Below, in pieces: positions 16,701 through 29,681 of a stretch of DNA of 64,000 nucleotides; position 1 is the stretch's first letter; each line of letters starts with the position of its first letter. The stretch covers positions 70,060,001 through 70,124,000 of the forward strand of contig OX597828.1 in assembly GCA_951406725.2 (NCBI GenBank), read 5' to 3'. Under the pieces are notes generated by a model. That model saw only the letters and a program-made list of their open reading frames with translations. It did no database searches and was not told the DNA's origin. The position numbers and the translations under genes are program-made. This DNA is from Octopus vulgaris. Taxonomy: Eukaryota.

Positions 16701-16904
16701 CTTTAGGGATGCCATTTCCTTATTTAAAATATGGTAAGATTTGAGGTTTTGGCTGTTATTTTTGAAGGATTGCTTGACTATACAAAGCACCACCACCTCA
16801 TTGGTTTGGCAAATGGCAACCGTTGGTTTTAGAAGTGGTTGTTGTTGGTTATTTCTGTTTTTGTTATTACTTTTGTATTATTACCAAACAGTATTGTAAC
16901 AACC

Positions 16905-16925
16905 TTTTTTTCTTTCTCTTTTCAG
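16905..16925 (+). other. Splice acceptor opening the TENT5 coding exon
   Basis: Polypyrimidine tract tttttttctttctcttttcAG ending at 16925, 52 nt before the ATG; implies an upstream non-coding exon. Confidence 0.7.
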
Positions 16926-16977
16926 AATCCGCTCCTCAGAAACCGCCATAAAGTTGTAAAGACGACAACTCTTGGCA

Positions 16978-18549
16978 ATGGCTACAGATAGTGTTTGTGC
17001 TGTTGCCATATCTAGTGGTTCTTCAGCCACTTCTGCTTCAGTTGCACCTGCAGACACTGCAGTCTGTTGCACCACCAACACCAACACCACTGCTGCGGTT
17101 GATAAGGACACCGATGACACCCAGACAACACCTGAGACACCTTCGCCGACTGCAGACCTTGATGCTGTTACTGTGGTTACTGTAGAGCCAGTCGCTGATG
17201 TTGACATCGAGGAAGAAGAGGCAGGAGATGAGCTGCAGATTGAAACCTACGATGAAGAGGACTGCAACAATGATGGCTCAAGTTTAAGTGATCAGATGTT
17301 TGTTTTCGGCTCAACAGAATTACTTGACGACACACAGTCATCTTGTCGTTTCAAGGTCTTGGAATATGACCAATTGATGCGACTCGTGGAAGTGATGGAG
17401 GCATCCATACCAATCCATGGTCGTGGCAATTTCCCTACCCTTGATGTTAAACTGAAGGATCTCATCCAACTGGTTCGCCAAAAGCTGAAATCTGAAGGGG
17501 TCCATGTTCGAGATATGCGTCTAAACGGCGGTGCCGCCAGCTATGTCTTAGAGACAGATACTTCTCAGACTTATAATGACTTGGACTTGATATTTGGGAT
17601 TGATCTCTCCAACCAGAATGAACTTCAAAAAGTGAAGAATTGTGTTCTTGGCTGCCTCTTAGACTTTCTGCCAGCTGGCGTCAGTAAAGACAGGATGTCC
17701 AGTTGCAGCTTGAAAGAAGCTTACGTTCAGAAAATGGTAAAAGTGTGCAATGAACATGGCGACCGTTGGAGTTTGATATCACTCTCAAATAATAAAGGTA
17801 AAAATGTGGAGCTTAAGTTTGTGGACAAAATGAAACGTCAGTTTGAATTTAGTGTTGATTCCTTTCAGATAATCTTGGACAGTTTGTTAACGTTCTATGA
17901 AGTTTCCAACACTCCGACCAGCGAACATTTTTACCCAACTGTGAAAGCCGAGAGTGTGTACGGGGACTTTTCACAAGCCTGGTTCCACTTAACTGAAAAG
18001 CTAATTGCCACACGAAACCCAGAAGAGATACGGGGTGGAGGTTTACTGAAATACTGTAACCTGTTAGTGAGGCGCTACACACCAGCTGGCAACGTGGACA
18101 TCCGTGCCATGGAGCGCTACATGTGTTCTAGGTTTTTCATAGATTTCAGCGACTTGTCGCAACAAAAACAGAAGCTGGATGCTTATCTGGCAAACCATTT
18201 TAGTGGTGAGGAGGATCTGAAATATGAATACTTGATGACGCTCTACCGAGTGGTTGACGACAGCACAATCTGTTTGATGGGCCATGAACGACGACAGACA
18301 CTAAATCTTATACATCAGTTGGCTTGTGAGATCTTGCTAGAACAGGAACAAAAAGCCCAGAGTAAATACCTTCAACTACCACAGTTTGACAACTTAAATA
18401 ATTTGATTTTGGACCAAGTATTCTATGGACCTTACAATAACTCCAGTGGCGGCAGTCAGTACTACAGCTATTTACCATTTTATCAAGTAGGCAATAGTTC
18501 CATCTCCTCGTGTCCACTTTGTCCACAACCCTATTTACAATGTTCCTAG
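16978..18549 (+). CDS. TENT5: Terminal nucleotidyltransferase 5 (FAM46 family) non-canonical poly(A) polymerase, ~523 aa, single coding exon
   Basis: Long ORF with FAM46 motifs: [21 protein letters not shown]...YNDLDLIF (hG[GS]...DhD catalytic motif), [28 protein letters not shown] (third acidic residue), [52 protein letters not shown] at 16978, in-frame TAA upstream at 16957, TAG ends at 18549. Confidence 0.96.
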   Translation: MATDSVCAVAISSGSSATSASVAPADTAVCCTTNTNTTAAVDKDTDDTQTTPETPSPTADLDAVTVVTVEPVADVDIEEEEAGDELQIETYDEEDCNNDGSSLSDQMFVFGSTELLDDTQSSCRFKVLEYDQLMRLVEVMEASIPIHGRGNFPTLDVKLKDLIQLVRQKLKSEGVHVRDMRLNGGAASYVLETDTSQTYNDLDLIFGIDLSNQNELQKVKNCVLGCLLDFLPAGVSKDRMSSCSLKEAYVQKMVKVCNEHGDRWSLISLSNNKGKNVELKFVDKMKRQFEFSVDSFQIILDSLLTFYEVSNTPTSEHFYPTVKAESVYGDFSQAWFHLTEKLIATRNPEEIRGGGLLKYCNLLVRRYTPAGNVDIRAMERYMCSRFFIDFSDLSQQKQKLDAYLANHFSGEEDLKYEYLMTLYRVVDDSTICLMGHERRQTLNLIHQLACEILLEQEQKAQSKYLQLPQFDNLNNLILDQVFYGPYNNSSGGSQYYSYLPFYQVGNSSISSCPLCPQPYLQCS

Positions 18550-19903
18550 CCTCATCCAAACACACACGCACACATATATACATCCTTAACCACATTCTCT
18601 CCCTTACACCACACACACACACACATACACACACACACACAAACACATGCCCATCCCTACACTTCACCACTTCCATCTCTGAACCCACCCCTATCCCTAT
18701 AATGGCAGAGCTCCATATCTTTTTCTTTTAATTTTTTTTTTTTATGAATTTGTTCTTATTTGCTCATTTCTCCTTTTACTTCTCCTGCCCCACCACCATA
18801 CTTAAAAAAAAAAAAATGGACCCTCAGCAGGGTCCACCTCTCACTTTTCACCTGTTCCCTCTGCCCCTTTTAGTTTCACTCCCTCCCACACACTCTCTCT
18901 CTCTCTCTCTCTGCTACTGCTATTACTGCTCTTCCTCTCTCTCTCTTTCTCACTCCCCCTCCCTGCAACCATATACATACACAACTAAATGACGGATGTC
19001 TGGAAGGAGTTTAGTCACACACATACAATGCAAAAAAAAAAAAACCAAAAACCAAAAAAAAACCTAACAAATATATTTTCTGTCTCCCTTTTGCCCCCTT
19101 ATAAACTCCCCGCTCCACATCACTTCAGTTTCCAGAAGATTCTGGAGAAATATATATATATTTTCAATAGAAACGTTCCTCTTTCTTGGAATAATTCTGT
19201 TCAAAGACTTAGTATTTTTTTTCCTCTTTCAATTTTCTTTCCAATGTGTATGTTAGGGAGTGTATGTGTGTGTGTATGTTAGGATGTATATATATATGTA
19301 TGTTCTTTGCATGTATGATTCTTTGCGTGCGTGCATGTATGTGTTATGTGTATAATTTAGATATGAAAAAAAAAAATCAAAAAGATTCTCATTGCAATTA
19401 GCAATTCTGAGATTTTGTTCATTTATAGCTTATAATTGTTATTATTATTATTACTGTTGTTGGATGGTGGACTGGCAGAATCGTTGGAACATGGGGAGAG
19501 AAAAAAAGAAAAAAAAAGAGCTTTGTTGTATTTTTCCAGTTCTTTGCGCTCTGAGTTCAGTTCCCGGTGGAGGTCAACTTTGCCTTTCCTCTCTCTGGGA
19601 GTCGATGAAATAAAGTACCAGTGAAATACTGGGGTCGATAGTATCGACCAACTTTCTCCTCTCAAAAAAAAAAACAAGAGGAACAAGAGAAAAAAAAAAA
19701 AAAAACCAAAAAACTGCTGGCCTTGTGCCTAAATCAGAAACCATTTATTATCATTATTATTATTATTATTATTACTGTTGCTGTTTTTATAATTTTTCTC
19801 TTTCTGAGAGGTGATACACTCAAGGAAAACAAAGTTATCAAATTATTGACCATGCTTCAGTTGCTGGTTGGGGCTGGGATCCCCTTCACATATGCACACG
19901 CAT

Positions 19904-19935
<32 letters not shown>

Positions 19936-21198
19936 GTACACATATGGTCTAATATTGTTACATACATACATACATACATACAAGGACTCACAAATCCCAA
20001 CTTTTTCTTTTTGTCACTATCTTTTTACTTTTTTTTTTTCTTTTTGTTTAACCCCCTTCTTCTGCAGCTACATTAAGGATCAGTTATGTTTGTTCCTGTC
20101 TCAAGAGTTAGTCAAACTATTTCTGCCTCCAGTCCCCTTCCATGCACACACACACACCCCTCACATTCGCTGTCTCGTTAAAGTGCTGTGCAACATTTAA
20201 TCTTTCTGTAGACAGACGTGCATGTGTGGGCGTGCATGTAACCTAAGTACTGGCTTGGAGTTTCTTTTGTGATGAGTTTGTTCTTACATATTATATATAC
20301 ATATATAAGATATATATATATAAGAATATATATAATTTATTTATAAATTATAAGTGTGTGCATGTATATGTATGTATACATACATACATACGTATAGTGT
20401 TCCCACACACATTCTGCATCTTTTTGCCCCTTGTCTCTGTAGAGCCCACCTCATTCAACGTAAACCTTTCTGGATTCTACAAAAAATATTTTCTGGGTTT
20501 GTCACTTTTAATTTTACTTTAGCTTACTTGATTATTAATTATATTTCAAAGATTGTTGTTGCTGTTATTAGGCCATCTGAATATAAACTGATCAACACCT
20601 ATAAGAACAACAACAATGATAAATGTACATATTAAGGTTTGTTTTAATGTTAGAGCAAGTTCGAGGTCTCGGCTTGATTTTTTTTTTTTTTTTTCCTTTG
20701 TTCTTGGTGGGGGTTATTCTAATATAGCTTCTTAAATCTATATACTTCTATGACACACACACACGCACACTGCCCTCTTCTTTCCCTCTATACCTCTTCA
20801 TCTTTATTAGGACCCTTGTTGATGGATTAATCATTTTTATATTGAAAATGAAGAAGTCCTTCTTCTTGCTTCCAGGTCCTTCATCTACACTGAAGGTCTT
20901 ATTCCCCCAGATCCTCAATTCCCCAAAAACTTCCTCTTCTGGATCCCCAATTTACCCATAAAGGCATCATAAATATTCCAGGTCCCCTATGGGCCCTTTA
21001 AATGTCATCTTACTTGGTCCTTATTTCTGCTCTATAAAATCTTATCTCTCGGATGTTTTCTATAAACATTTCTTAGACATATGGAGTTGAAAATTTGTCA
21101 ATATGGTGTTTACGCACACATGCACACAAGCACACACACACACTTCCACACATACAGTATGCATACATAGACACAAATATACATATACACAACTGCAT

Positions 21199-21230
<32 letters not shown>

Positions 21231-21839
21231 CAAGTTCTAAGCCACAATATGTTAGAGTTGTTAATCACTTATATTGTAGTGCACCGTCAGATCAACAACA
21301 ACAACAGTCAATAGTTTTGCTGCTGTTGTTGTTGTTGTTGTACATCTTAAAAGTACACTTTTTTAAAATTGATCTCAACATTTACGACCTTCCCCCCCCC
21401 CTAATTGACTTGCTGGCTTTTCTTCATTGTCTCTGGTTTACGTTTTATCAATTCTGTGGCAAGTCTCTCCACTCACCATCCACTCTTGCCCCCCACATAA
21501 ACAGTTTGCTTGCTCCCCGCCTCCATGTGTCATGTTCTTTGTGTGCGTATATATGTGCAGTATAATTTTGCAGATATATATATATATATACATTTGTTTG
21601 TGTGTGTGTGTGTGTATTACAATTATACTCAGAAACTGTCAGTAGGTGGCGCTATTTTCATAAACTTCCCATATTCAGTCAAAATACTTTCACTTTCTTG
21701 TACAAGTCACCACTTTCAGCACACACACACAAACACACACTCTCTCTCTCTCTCTCTCTCTTTGTCTTCTCTCACATCAGTCATCTCTCTTATACACTCT
21801 CTTCACCCACCCTCTATATATATACACACACATACACAC

Positions 21840-21900
<61 letters not shown>

Positions 21901-22589
21901 AACAAATCTAAAGATAAACACATAGGATTTTATTGAAAGCTGAAAGTTTCAGAAATTGTTTGAGTTTCTCATTCCAGTCTTTGCAGAAAGACAGAAACAA
22001 GTGATATGTTTGTGTGTGTGTGTGTGTGCAAGCACGCACACACACACACACACACACACGTCTCCCGTATGGCATCAGCTATGAGGCATAAAGCAACCAT
22101 ACATTTCATATTTATCTTGTGATATTGATGTGATATTCCTCATGAGTCTGTTTACCATGTAGCTCACACACACATACACATACACACACACACACCACTC
22201 CCCTGCCGGACTCGCCCACCACAAGGTGTTCTTTGTTGCCATATAGATATATTTTATGTTGCATGTTACATTTGTTTTCACAATTTCATTAATATTAATC
22301 TGTAATAATTATTTATCATCGTTAATGAGGGCATTAATTTTTGGAAGATGTGATCATTTTTTTTTTTTTTACCTTGTTTGACTTCTGGGTTCGAATTCTA
22401 TCAAAAGCGGTAGGATTTAGTACCAGTAATATCTATGGTACCTTATATATATATAGTACCAGTTATATATTAAGACTGACTCTATTTGATGAATTGCTTT
22501 TGTCTACACAATTAAAAATAAAAAGGCCTTTATAATAATAATTCTTTGGATGATGGAATGAGACTTATCTGAGGCAGAAAACATTCTTT

Positions 22590-24620
22590 GCAATTGGCCA
22601 GCTGGTTAGAACCATTAGCATGCTTTGTGGCATTTTGGCCATCTTTATGGTCTGAGTTCAAATTCTACTGAGCTCAACTTTGCCTCTCATCCTTTCAGGG
22701 CTGATAAAATAAGTACCAGTTGAACAATGGGGTCAATGTAATCAACTTGTCCCCTCCCCAGAAATTGCTGGCCTTGTACCAAAAATTTCAATTTCCCCTG
22801 CTAAGGTCAGTTTTGCCTTTCGTCCTTCTTAGGTCGATAAGAATATAAAGTACCTGTGGAATACAGGGGTCAACAGTATCAGCTAACCCCTTCCAACTAG
22901 GTTAGAAACTAAGATTCTGATTGGTAGAATTGTTGCAAGAGCAGAGTATAACAATCTCTATGGTAGTTCTTCCAGTAATTCACATTCTGAGTTCAATCCT
23001 GTCAATGTTGGCTTTATTTTTCATCCTTCCAGGGTTGATAAAATAAGGTACCAGTGAAGTACTCAGCTCAGTTTGACCAACTGACCACTACCAACACAAT
23101 TTTTGGCTTTGTGCTGATGCTAAAAGCGAACTGGCAGAATCATGGGCACATGAAGCAAAATGCTTTGTGGCATTTTTTCCAGCTTTATGTCCCAAATCCA
23201 AATTCCACCAAAGTCAGCTTTTGCCTTTCATCAAGTACAGGTGTCGATGAAACTGACCGCCTCCCCCGCTCCCCACCACCACATCCCCCAAATTTCAGCT
23301 CTTGAACCTATTGCAGAAAGGATTATTATTATTAAGGCAGCAAGCTGACTGAACCATTAGCACATAAGACAAATGCTTAGCAGTATTTCTTTTGGCTCTT
23401 TACTTTCTGAGTTCAACTCCTACCAAGTTCAGTTTTACTCATCGTCCTTTAAGGGGTGGGATTAAGTATCAGTCAAGTACTGGAAATGATGTAACTGACC
23501 CCACTCCACTCACTTCATAATTGCTGGCCTTGTGCCAAAATTAGAATTTTGTGCAGTGGTTTGACAGAATCAGAAAGTTAAGATACCTGCAGGATTTATG
23601 CTTTGCTTTCATAATTCCTAATTCAATAAAATATCAGTAACATACCGGGATCAATTTTTTTTTTATAATATACCTCTGACCCCACACTCCTCCCACCCCT
23701 AATTCTAACCTCGTACTCATATTAGAAACTAATATTATGATTTTGGTATTTCATCCATCTTTGTTCTGAGTTCAATTTCCACTGAAGTCAACTTTGTCTT
23801 TCACCCTTTCAGGGTTCACAAAATGAGTACCAGTTACACACTGGGGGTTGATATATTCAACTTTACCCTTCCCCTAAACTTGCTGGCTTTGTACCAAAAT
23901 TTGAGACCATTATTATTAAGGGGTTTGAGCTAGCAGAATCATTAGAGCTTCAGAAAAAAAATACTTAGTTCTGTTGTCTTGTGTTCTCAGTTCAAATTCT
24001 ACTGGGGTCACCTTTGTCTTTCCATCCTTCTGGGGGTTAAAGTACCAGTCAAGTACTGGAAATGATGGCATTGACTTGCCTGCCTCTCAAAATTGCTGGC
24101 CTTGTGCCAAAATAAAGAATTAGGAATGGCAGAATCATAAGAGCATCCAACAAAATGCCTGGGGTGTTTGTTCTGAGTTCAAATCCTCCCAAGGTCAACT
24201 TTCTATCCCTCTAGGGTCTATAAAATAAGATACCAGTCAACTACTGGGGTTGATTTAATCAACTGAACCCTATGACCACCAACACCTAATTTCTGGCCTA
24301 TTAGAAACTATTAAGAGAAGGGTAGATGGGAGTGACAAATGGTTAGTGTCAGATGTTTTGCAGTATTTCATTACAGCCCTTTGGATTGGGAGTTCAAACC
24401 CTGGTATGTCTTTCATTGTTCAGGTGTTTGATAAGATGAAGTACCATACCAGTGAAATACTGGAGTTGATTTAAGCGAATGTACCTGCTCCGCGAGTTCA
24501 AATCCTGCAGAGATTATCTTTGCCTTTCATCCTTAGTGTCCCTGAAATAAATAGTCAAGTACTGGAGCTGGTATTGACTAACCCCTTCTCTTCCAAGAAT
24601 ATTGGCACTCCATTGATTGC
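22590..24620 (+). repeat. Head-to-tail array of ~11 degenerate SINE family B units
   Basis: Recurring gagttcaa anchors near 22651, 22986, 23405, 23764, 23983, 24171, 24388 and 24492, plus partial units, each followed by tttcatcc, aagtaccagt and ctggccttgt motifs. Confidence 0.8.
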
Positions 24621-25401
24621 AAAGATAAGGGTTTCAGTTGATCACACACACACTCTCTCTCTTTCTGGCCTTGTTCTGTTTTATAGAATATTGGGGATGG
24701 TAGAACAGTTCAGAGAGAAGGGTCCAGAATATTCAAAGGGTTGTGTAAATGCACAAAAAATTTGCCCCCCCACACACACACACAAGATTAAAAATAACTA
24801 CCAATATTATACGGTCCAGTCCAGTTCATTAAAACATTACATCCTAATTCCTAAAACAGTCTTGTGTCCATCTAGTCAAAAGAAATTATTAAAACTATTG
24901 ATGTATATGTATATATGTATGTATATATATATATATAATATTAGCCACAAGGGCACAAAATGTTAGATGACAATCCAAACATGGATAACCAAAAACAAGG
25001 GGAGGGTATCATCAAATAAAAAAAATAACAGGTGGCAAAACCAACAAAAGGATATTGTTCTCATTTCTGGAGGGTTGGCGAGAAACTGCCTTTAGGAATT
25101 TCAAGGCAGGGCAGGTACCCTACTCTTAAGACCCTAGGATCTGTCTGATGATGCAAGGGCCAAAGTGACCCCTTTCTTGCTGATGGTTGTAGTTTTAGTT
25201 GAGTATAATAGTAATTTTCAAATTTTGGCACAAGGCCGGCAATTTCAGGGGCGGGTGGGGTTAAGTTGATTACAGTGACTCCCAGTGCTCAGCTGGTACT
25301 TGATTGGATGACCCCCCCCACTCATATACCAAAGGGATGAAAAGCAAATTGACCCAAGAGGAATTTGAACTTGGAATGGTGGTGATAATGCTTTATTTTT
25401 T

Positions 25402-25435
<34 letters not shown>

Positions 25436-25982
25436 TGCAAGAGAAAAAAAATCACTTTGAGGACACTGCTTATTAAATTTTGGACCAAACACTTTGATTA
25501 TTCAGCTGTGTCTGTGTCAAACCCAAGTCCCCACCACTGCACCCACCTGTTTTGTCTGTCACCCTCAACAAAGGAAGTCCAAGTCCAACACAATAGAAAT
25601 TTGGTATGATCTTCAGTTCCACTGGGGGTGTGTGACCACACCACACACACACACACACTCACACACAGAGTATTTCTAGCCCTTAGAACTCTTCTGCATC
25701 CTCATTATTAATTCATAATTATAGTTTGTTTTTTTTCTTTCTTTCTTTCTTTTGCTAATCACCTCCATCTCTTGCTCTAAGAGTGTGGATCCACCACCAT
25801 GCGCAATCATGTCTTTCTTTCTCTATCAATGTTTCACAAAATAGAACTTGCAGCTGTTGTACTTTCAAAAAATGCTGGATTATTGTGACACACACACACA
25901 CACACACAAGGTATATTTGTGTGTCTGTCTGTATGTATATATATATATACTTTATTTAGAGCAGCAGAAAATTCAACAAAAC

Positions 25983-26020
25983 CTGTTACTCTGAGTTTCA
26001 CGTTTCCGTTCGTCGGACAG
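25983..26020 (-). ncRNA. Minimal type I hammerhead ribozyme motif
   Basis: Minus strand: CUGU-CCGACGA-ACG GAAA CGU-GAA-ACUC A GAGU-A-ACAG. All three stems pair; GUA cleavage triplet (site at 25987); core has U4C. Confidence 0.7.
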
Positions 26021-27505
26021 TCTTTCCGACGAATGGAAACGTGAAACTCAAACAGGTTTTGTTGAATTTTCTGCTGCTTTACATAAAGTATATTACTCTA
26101 CCACTGGTATTTGAGTACTCTTTTTTCCACCTTGTTTCACATTTGTGTTTACTCCAGTATATATATACATACACACACACACACACACAAATCTACATCT
26201 ATACACAATCACAGGCATCCCTTGCTGCTGCACAAGTCCTTCTCTAAAATCTCTCAGCAATCCTCACTTTTATTCACGTTACTTTTTAGATTTTTTTTAC
26301 CTTTTCTGTTCATGAAATTATTTCTGGATATAATTAATCACCCCCCCCCCACTCTTCCCACATCATTTAACCCCATCCACTCCAATAACTGACCTCCACT
26401 GACTTTTTTTTGTCTTCTAAATTACTTTATTTTTTTTGTTTATTTTTCAGTTCTCATAACTTATATTCCTATTAATCAGCTCTGCCACCCACACTCACAC
26501 ACAATTTACATGCTTTGCACTCTGGTGTACATAAGTGCAAACGTTAGCAGAATCTACATTATTTTGTGTTTCATGAGAGAATTTTGTGGTGGGGGGGGGG
26601 GGAAGTTTGTAAATGAAAATTGAACACAGAGCCGGTGCCACCCCTCATCTCTCATTCACTGAACCGGTTCTGGTACCACTTCTCATTGAGCTGGTGCTGC
26701 CCTCATCTCTTGCTGGGCTAATGCCACCAGACTCTCAGTATTGGTTAAAATAAAAGGAGGGCTAAATTGCTATTTTGAGGGCCAAAAGCTGGCCCTATGA
26801 TATTCTTTGAGATTGTAAAATATTTCTCCATTGAGCTAAATAACTCAGCTGATTGTGTGACGTGTGTGTATGTGTGTGTGGAAATGCTTTTCTTTTTAAC
26901 TTTTAGGGACTGTCCCCTATTTCTTTTCCTATTATCTTGTCCCTTTTTATGTTTCAAGTCCAAATCTGACAGGTCAACTTTACTCTTCATCCTTCTGAGG
27001 TCAATGAAAGGAAGTACCAGTCAGGTATCGGAGCTGATATATATATATATATATATATTTTTTTTCTTTTCTTTGTTATTTTGTTAATCAATTCTTTCCT
27101 GCCCCTCACTCCCAAAACGTGTGGCCCAGTTGGGCCGCCAGTATCAGTACTCATTATTGTTATTCTCTCAGACATCTGTGTCTCACTGCAGGTTTTAGAA
27201 TTGCAAAGCAAAACCCTGTAGCAAATTTATTTACCCCCCAGCCCCACACTCTCCCCTCCACACTTTTTTTGTGATATCAACAGTTTAACCTGTGTATACA
27301 TCCTCCTCCACTCCAACTGTATACACACACACACACACATACACACACCACTGTATACACACACCATTGTATACATGTTTATGGACATTCTTGTACAGAT
27401 AAAATGTAAAAAGACAAAAAAAAACATAAACTATTTTCCAAAAAAAAAGAAAAACACAAAAGACTCCCCAAAAAAATATTAAAAGATTAAAAATATAAAA
27501 ATCAG

Positions 27506-27560
27506 AATAAATTATTTTGAAATAATCTTGTTGTTGTTGTTGTTATGATGTTTGTTTATT
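27506..27560 (+). terminator. Candidate polyadenylation signal with GU-rich downstream element
   Basis: AATAAA at 27506-27511 in an A-rich run, followed ~17 nt later by ttgttgttgttgttgttatgatgtttgttt. Confidence 0.45.
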
Positions 27561-27794
27561 TCATATTGTGATTAAATGCTTGAGGAATTCTGAAAGCAAT
27601 CCTGGGTATTCTACCTTTCATTGAACTACTCTGAAACTGGTATCATGGCTCTGGAGTGAGTGCCCGGACACCTTTTGTCTCAGTATGGTATCTTGTTACC
27701 CGGCTCTTAAAGGGATACCATAGCCTTCCTCCTACTCTAGAGGGTAGGGGTCAGCATCATCAATGAAATTACAAGACTGTAAGGGGCCAAGTCC

Positions 27795-28210
27795 AGTGTT
27801 TCTACACCTTTACAATAATATCTGGGCCAGATCCCAAAACCTGGATTTTCTATTTTTGGAATGGGCTGCACCAAAAAAAATTAAAGCCCAAGTCAACCTT
27901 TTAGTATTTGGATTATTCTGTCAAATGTAATCCTTATTCATTCACATTGTTTTGAATTAATCCTAGATTATCTTGTAACTTTGAGATTTTGATGTGATTG
28001 TTTATGTTAAGAATTACATTGTAGAATAAATGTCAGAGGTCAGATCTGGTCTGGTTGGATATAAAACAGGAAGACTATTTGGGGCCAGATATGACCAGTT
28101 TAAATGCTTAAGGGGTTCAAGAGAAATGTATATCTCTAGAGGGAGAACTGCTGGAAAGTTGCTTGAGGGGCCACATGCAGCCCTGGGAGCTGCAGTTGAG
28201 GACTGCTGGT
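27795..28210. mobile_element. hAT-like MITE containing a nested AT-rich MITE
   Basis: cagtgtttc...gggcc and gggccacatgcagccc...gaggactgctg ends; the inner 27895-28115 segment recurs inverted at 42656-43145 and 43270-43786 with ttaaccc/ggttaa ends. Confidence 0.5.
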
Positions 28211-29082
28211 CTAGTCTCATCTCTAAACTTCCATCCCAGGGAAATTAGTGTTGCAAGAATCAAGCCTGGCACCTGAAGTCTGGGGGAGGAGGGACTCGAT
28301 AACAAGTGACCAGTTGGGTAAAGTTATCAGCAACAGATGACCAGTTGAAGGAAAATTGGTAGGAGTGGGGTAAAAGAGCAAATGACCAATGAGAGAGCTC
28401 AACAATGAATGACTTTTGGAACCAAATTTTGATCTCATTTCATTAAAGGAAACCACTTGGAACCATTGTGTTCTTCAGAGAATAGGGGAAATATCAACTT
28501 TTGAAATAGGTGAGGGCTGGCAACAGGAAGAGCATCCAGCTGTAGAAAATCTGCCGCAGTGAATTCTGTCTGACTCGTACTAGTGTGGAAGAGCACGTTA
28601 AAATCAGGTTTACAATTCAATCACACGGCATTGGTCAGTCCAGCTCTATGGTAGAAGATACCACACCATACAATGAAATTAAACCTGGAGCCATGTGGTT
28701 GTACAAACTGTCATAAATATATTTATTTTGTTGTTTTGCATTAATTCTAGACCTCTTTGATCTCCATTTTACTCTACTAAACCGCCCCCTGCCCCCCAGC
28801 TGTTCAATGTTTACAATAGTCCTTTTATATTTTTTTTATATTATTACAGATCGTATAAAAACAAAAACTAAAATATTTTGTGTACTGAAGAAGTATATCA
28901 AAATTATTGCACATGAATTTTAACAAAATCTTATTTGGGCCCCAGTTGAAAACCACCATTCTAAAGAATTATACCATCCTTTAGACAGAATATATGTATC
29001 AATAGATCAATACGATAAATTAGTACTTTTACAGGAATTGGGTTTCAACTCAAAATCTATATCAGTACACACACACATATAT

Positions 29083-29458
29083 ACTCATTTACTTGTTTCA
29101 GTCATTTGACTGCGGCCATGCTGGAGCACCGCCTTTAGTCGAGCAACTCTACCCCGGGACTTATTCTTTTTGTAAGCCCAGTACTTATTCTATCGGTCTC
29201 TTTTTGCCGAACCGCTAAGTGACAGGGACGTAAACACACCAGCATCGGTTGTCAAGCAATGCTAGGGGAACAAACACAGACACACAAACACACATACACA
29301 TATATATATATATACATATATATGACGGGCTTCTTTCAGTTTCCATCTACCAAATCCACTCACAAGGCATTGGTCGGCCCGGGGCTATAGCAGAAGACAC
29401 TTGCCCAAGATGCCATGCAGTGGGACTGAACCCGAAACCACACAGCCACTCCTGCGCC
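29083..29458 (-). mobile_element. SINE family A, full length
   Basis: Reverse complement of the 3578-3973 copy. Confidence 0.85.
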
Positions 29459-29596
29459 ATATATATAAACGATGATGATGATGATATATATATATATATA
29501 ATGTACTATTCAATGATAGAATATTCAACAAAAAAAGTATTCCATCTGGTTTGAGATAAATATTATTTATTTAAAGAACACAACGCATGTCGTTAA

Positions 29597-29651
29597 GTGA
29601 TACTGATAGTTTCATATGTTGAGAAATTTCTCAAACATATTCTTCAGGTAC
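29597..29651 (-). ncRNA. Type I hammerhead motif, intact core, degenerate stem I
   Basis: Minus strand: CUGAAGA-AUAUGUUUGAGA AAUU UCUCAACAUAU-GAA-ACU AUC AGU-A; long well-paired stem II. Confidence 0.6.
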
Positions 29652-29681
29652 AAACCATATACACACATATATATATATACA

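Noticed and set aside
25141-25200. CTGTCTGATGA as a sense-strand hammerhead in the TENT5 UTR
   Set aside because: No downstream GAAA, stem III or NUH arrangement.
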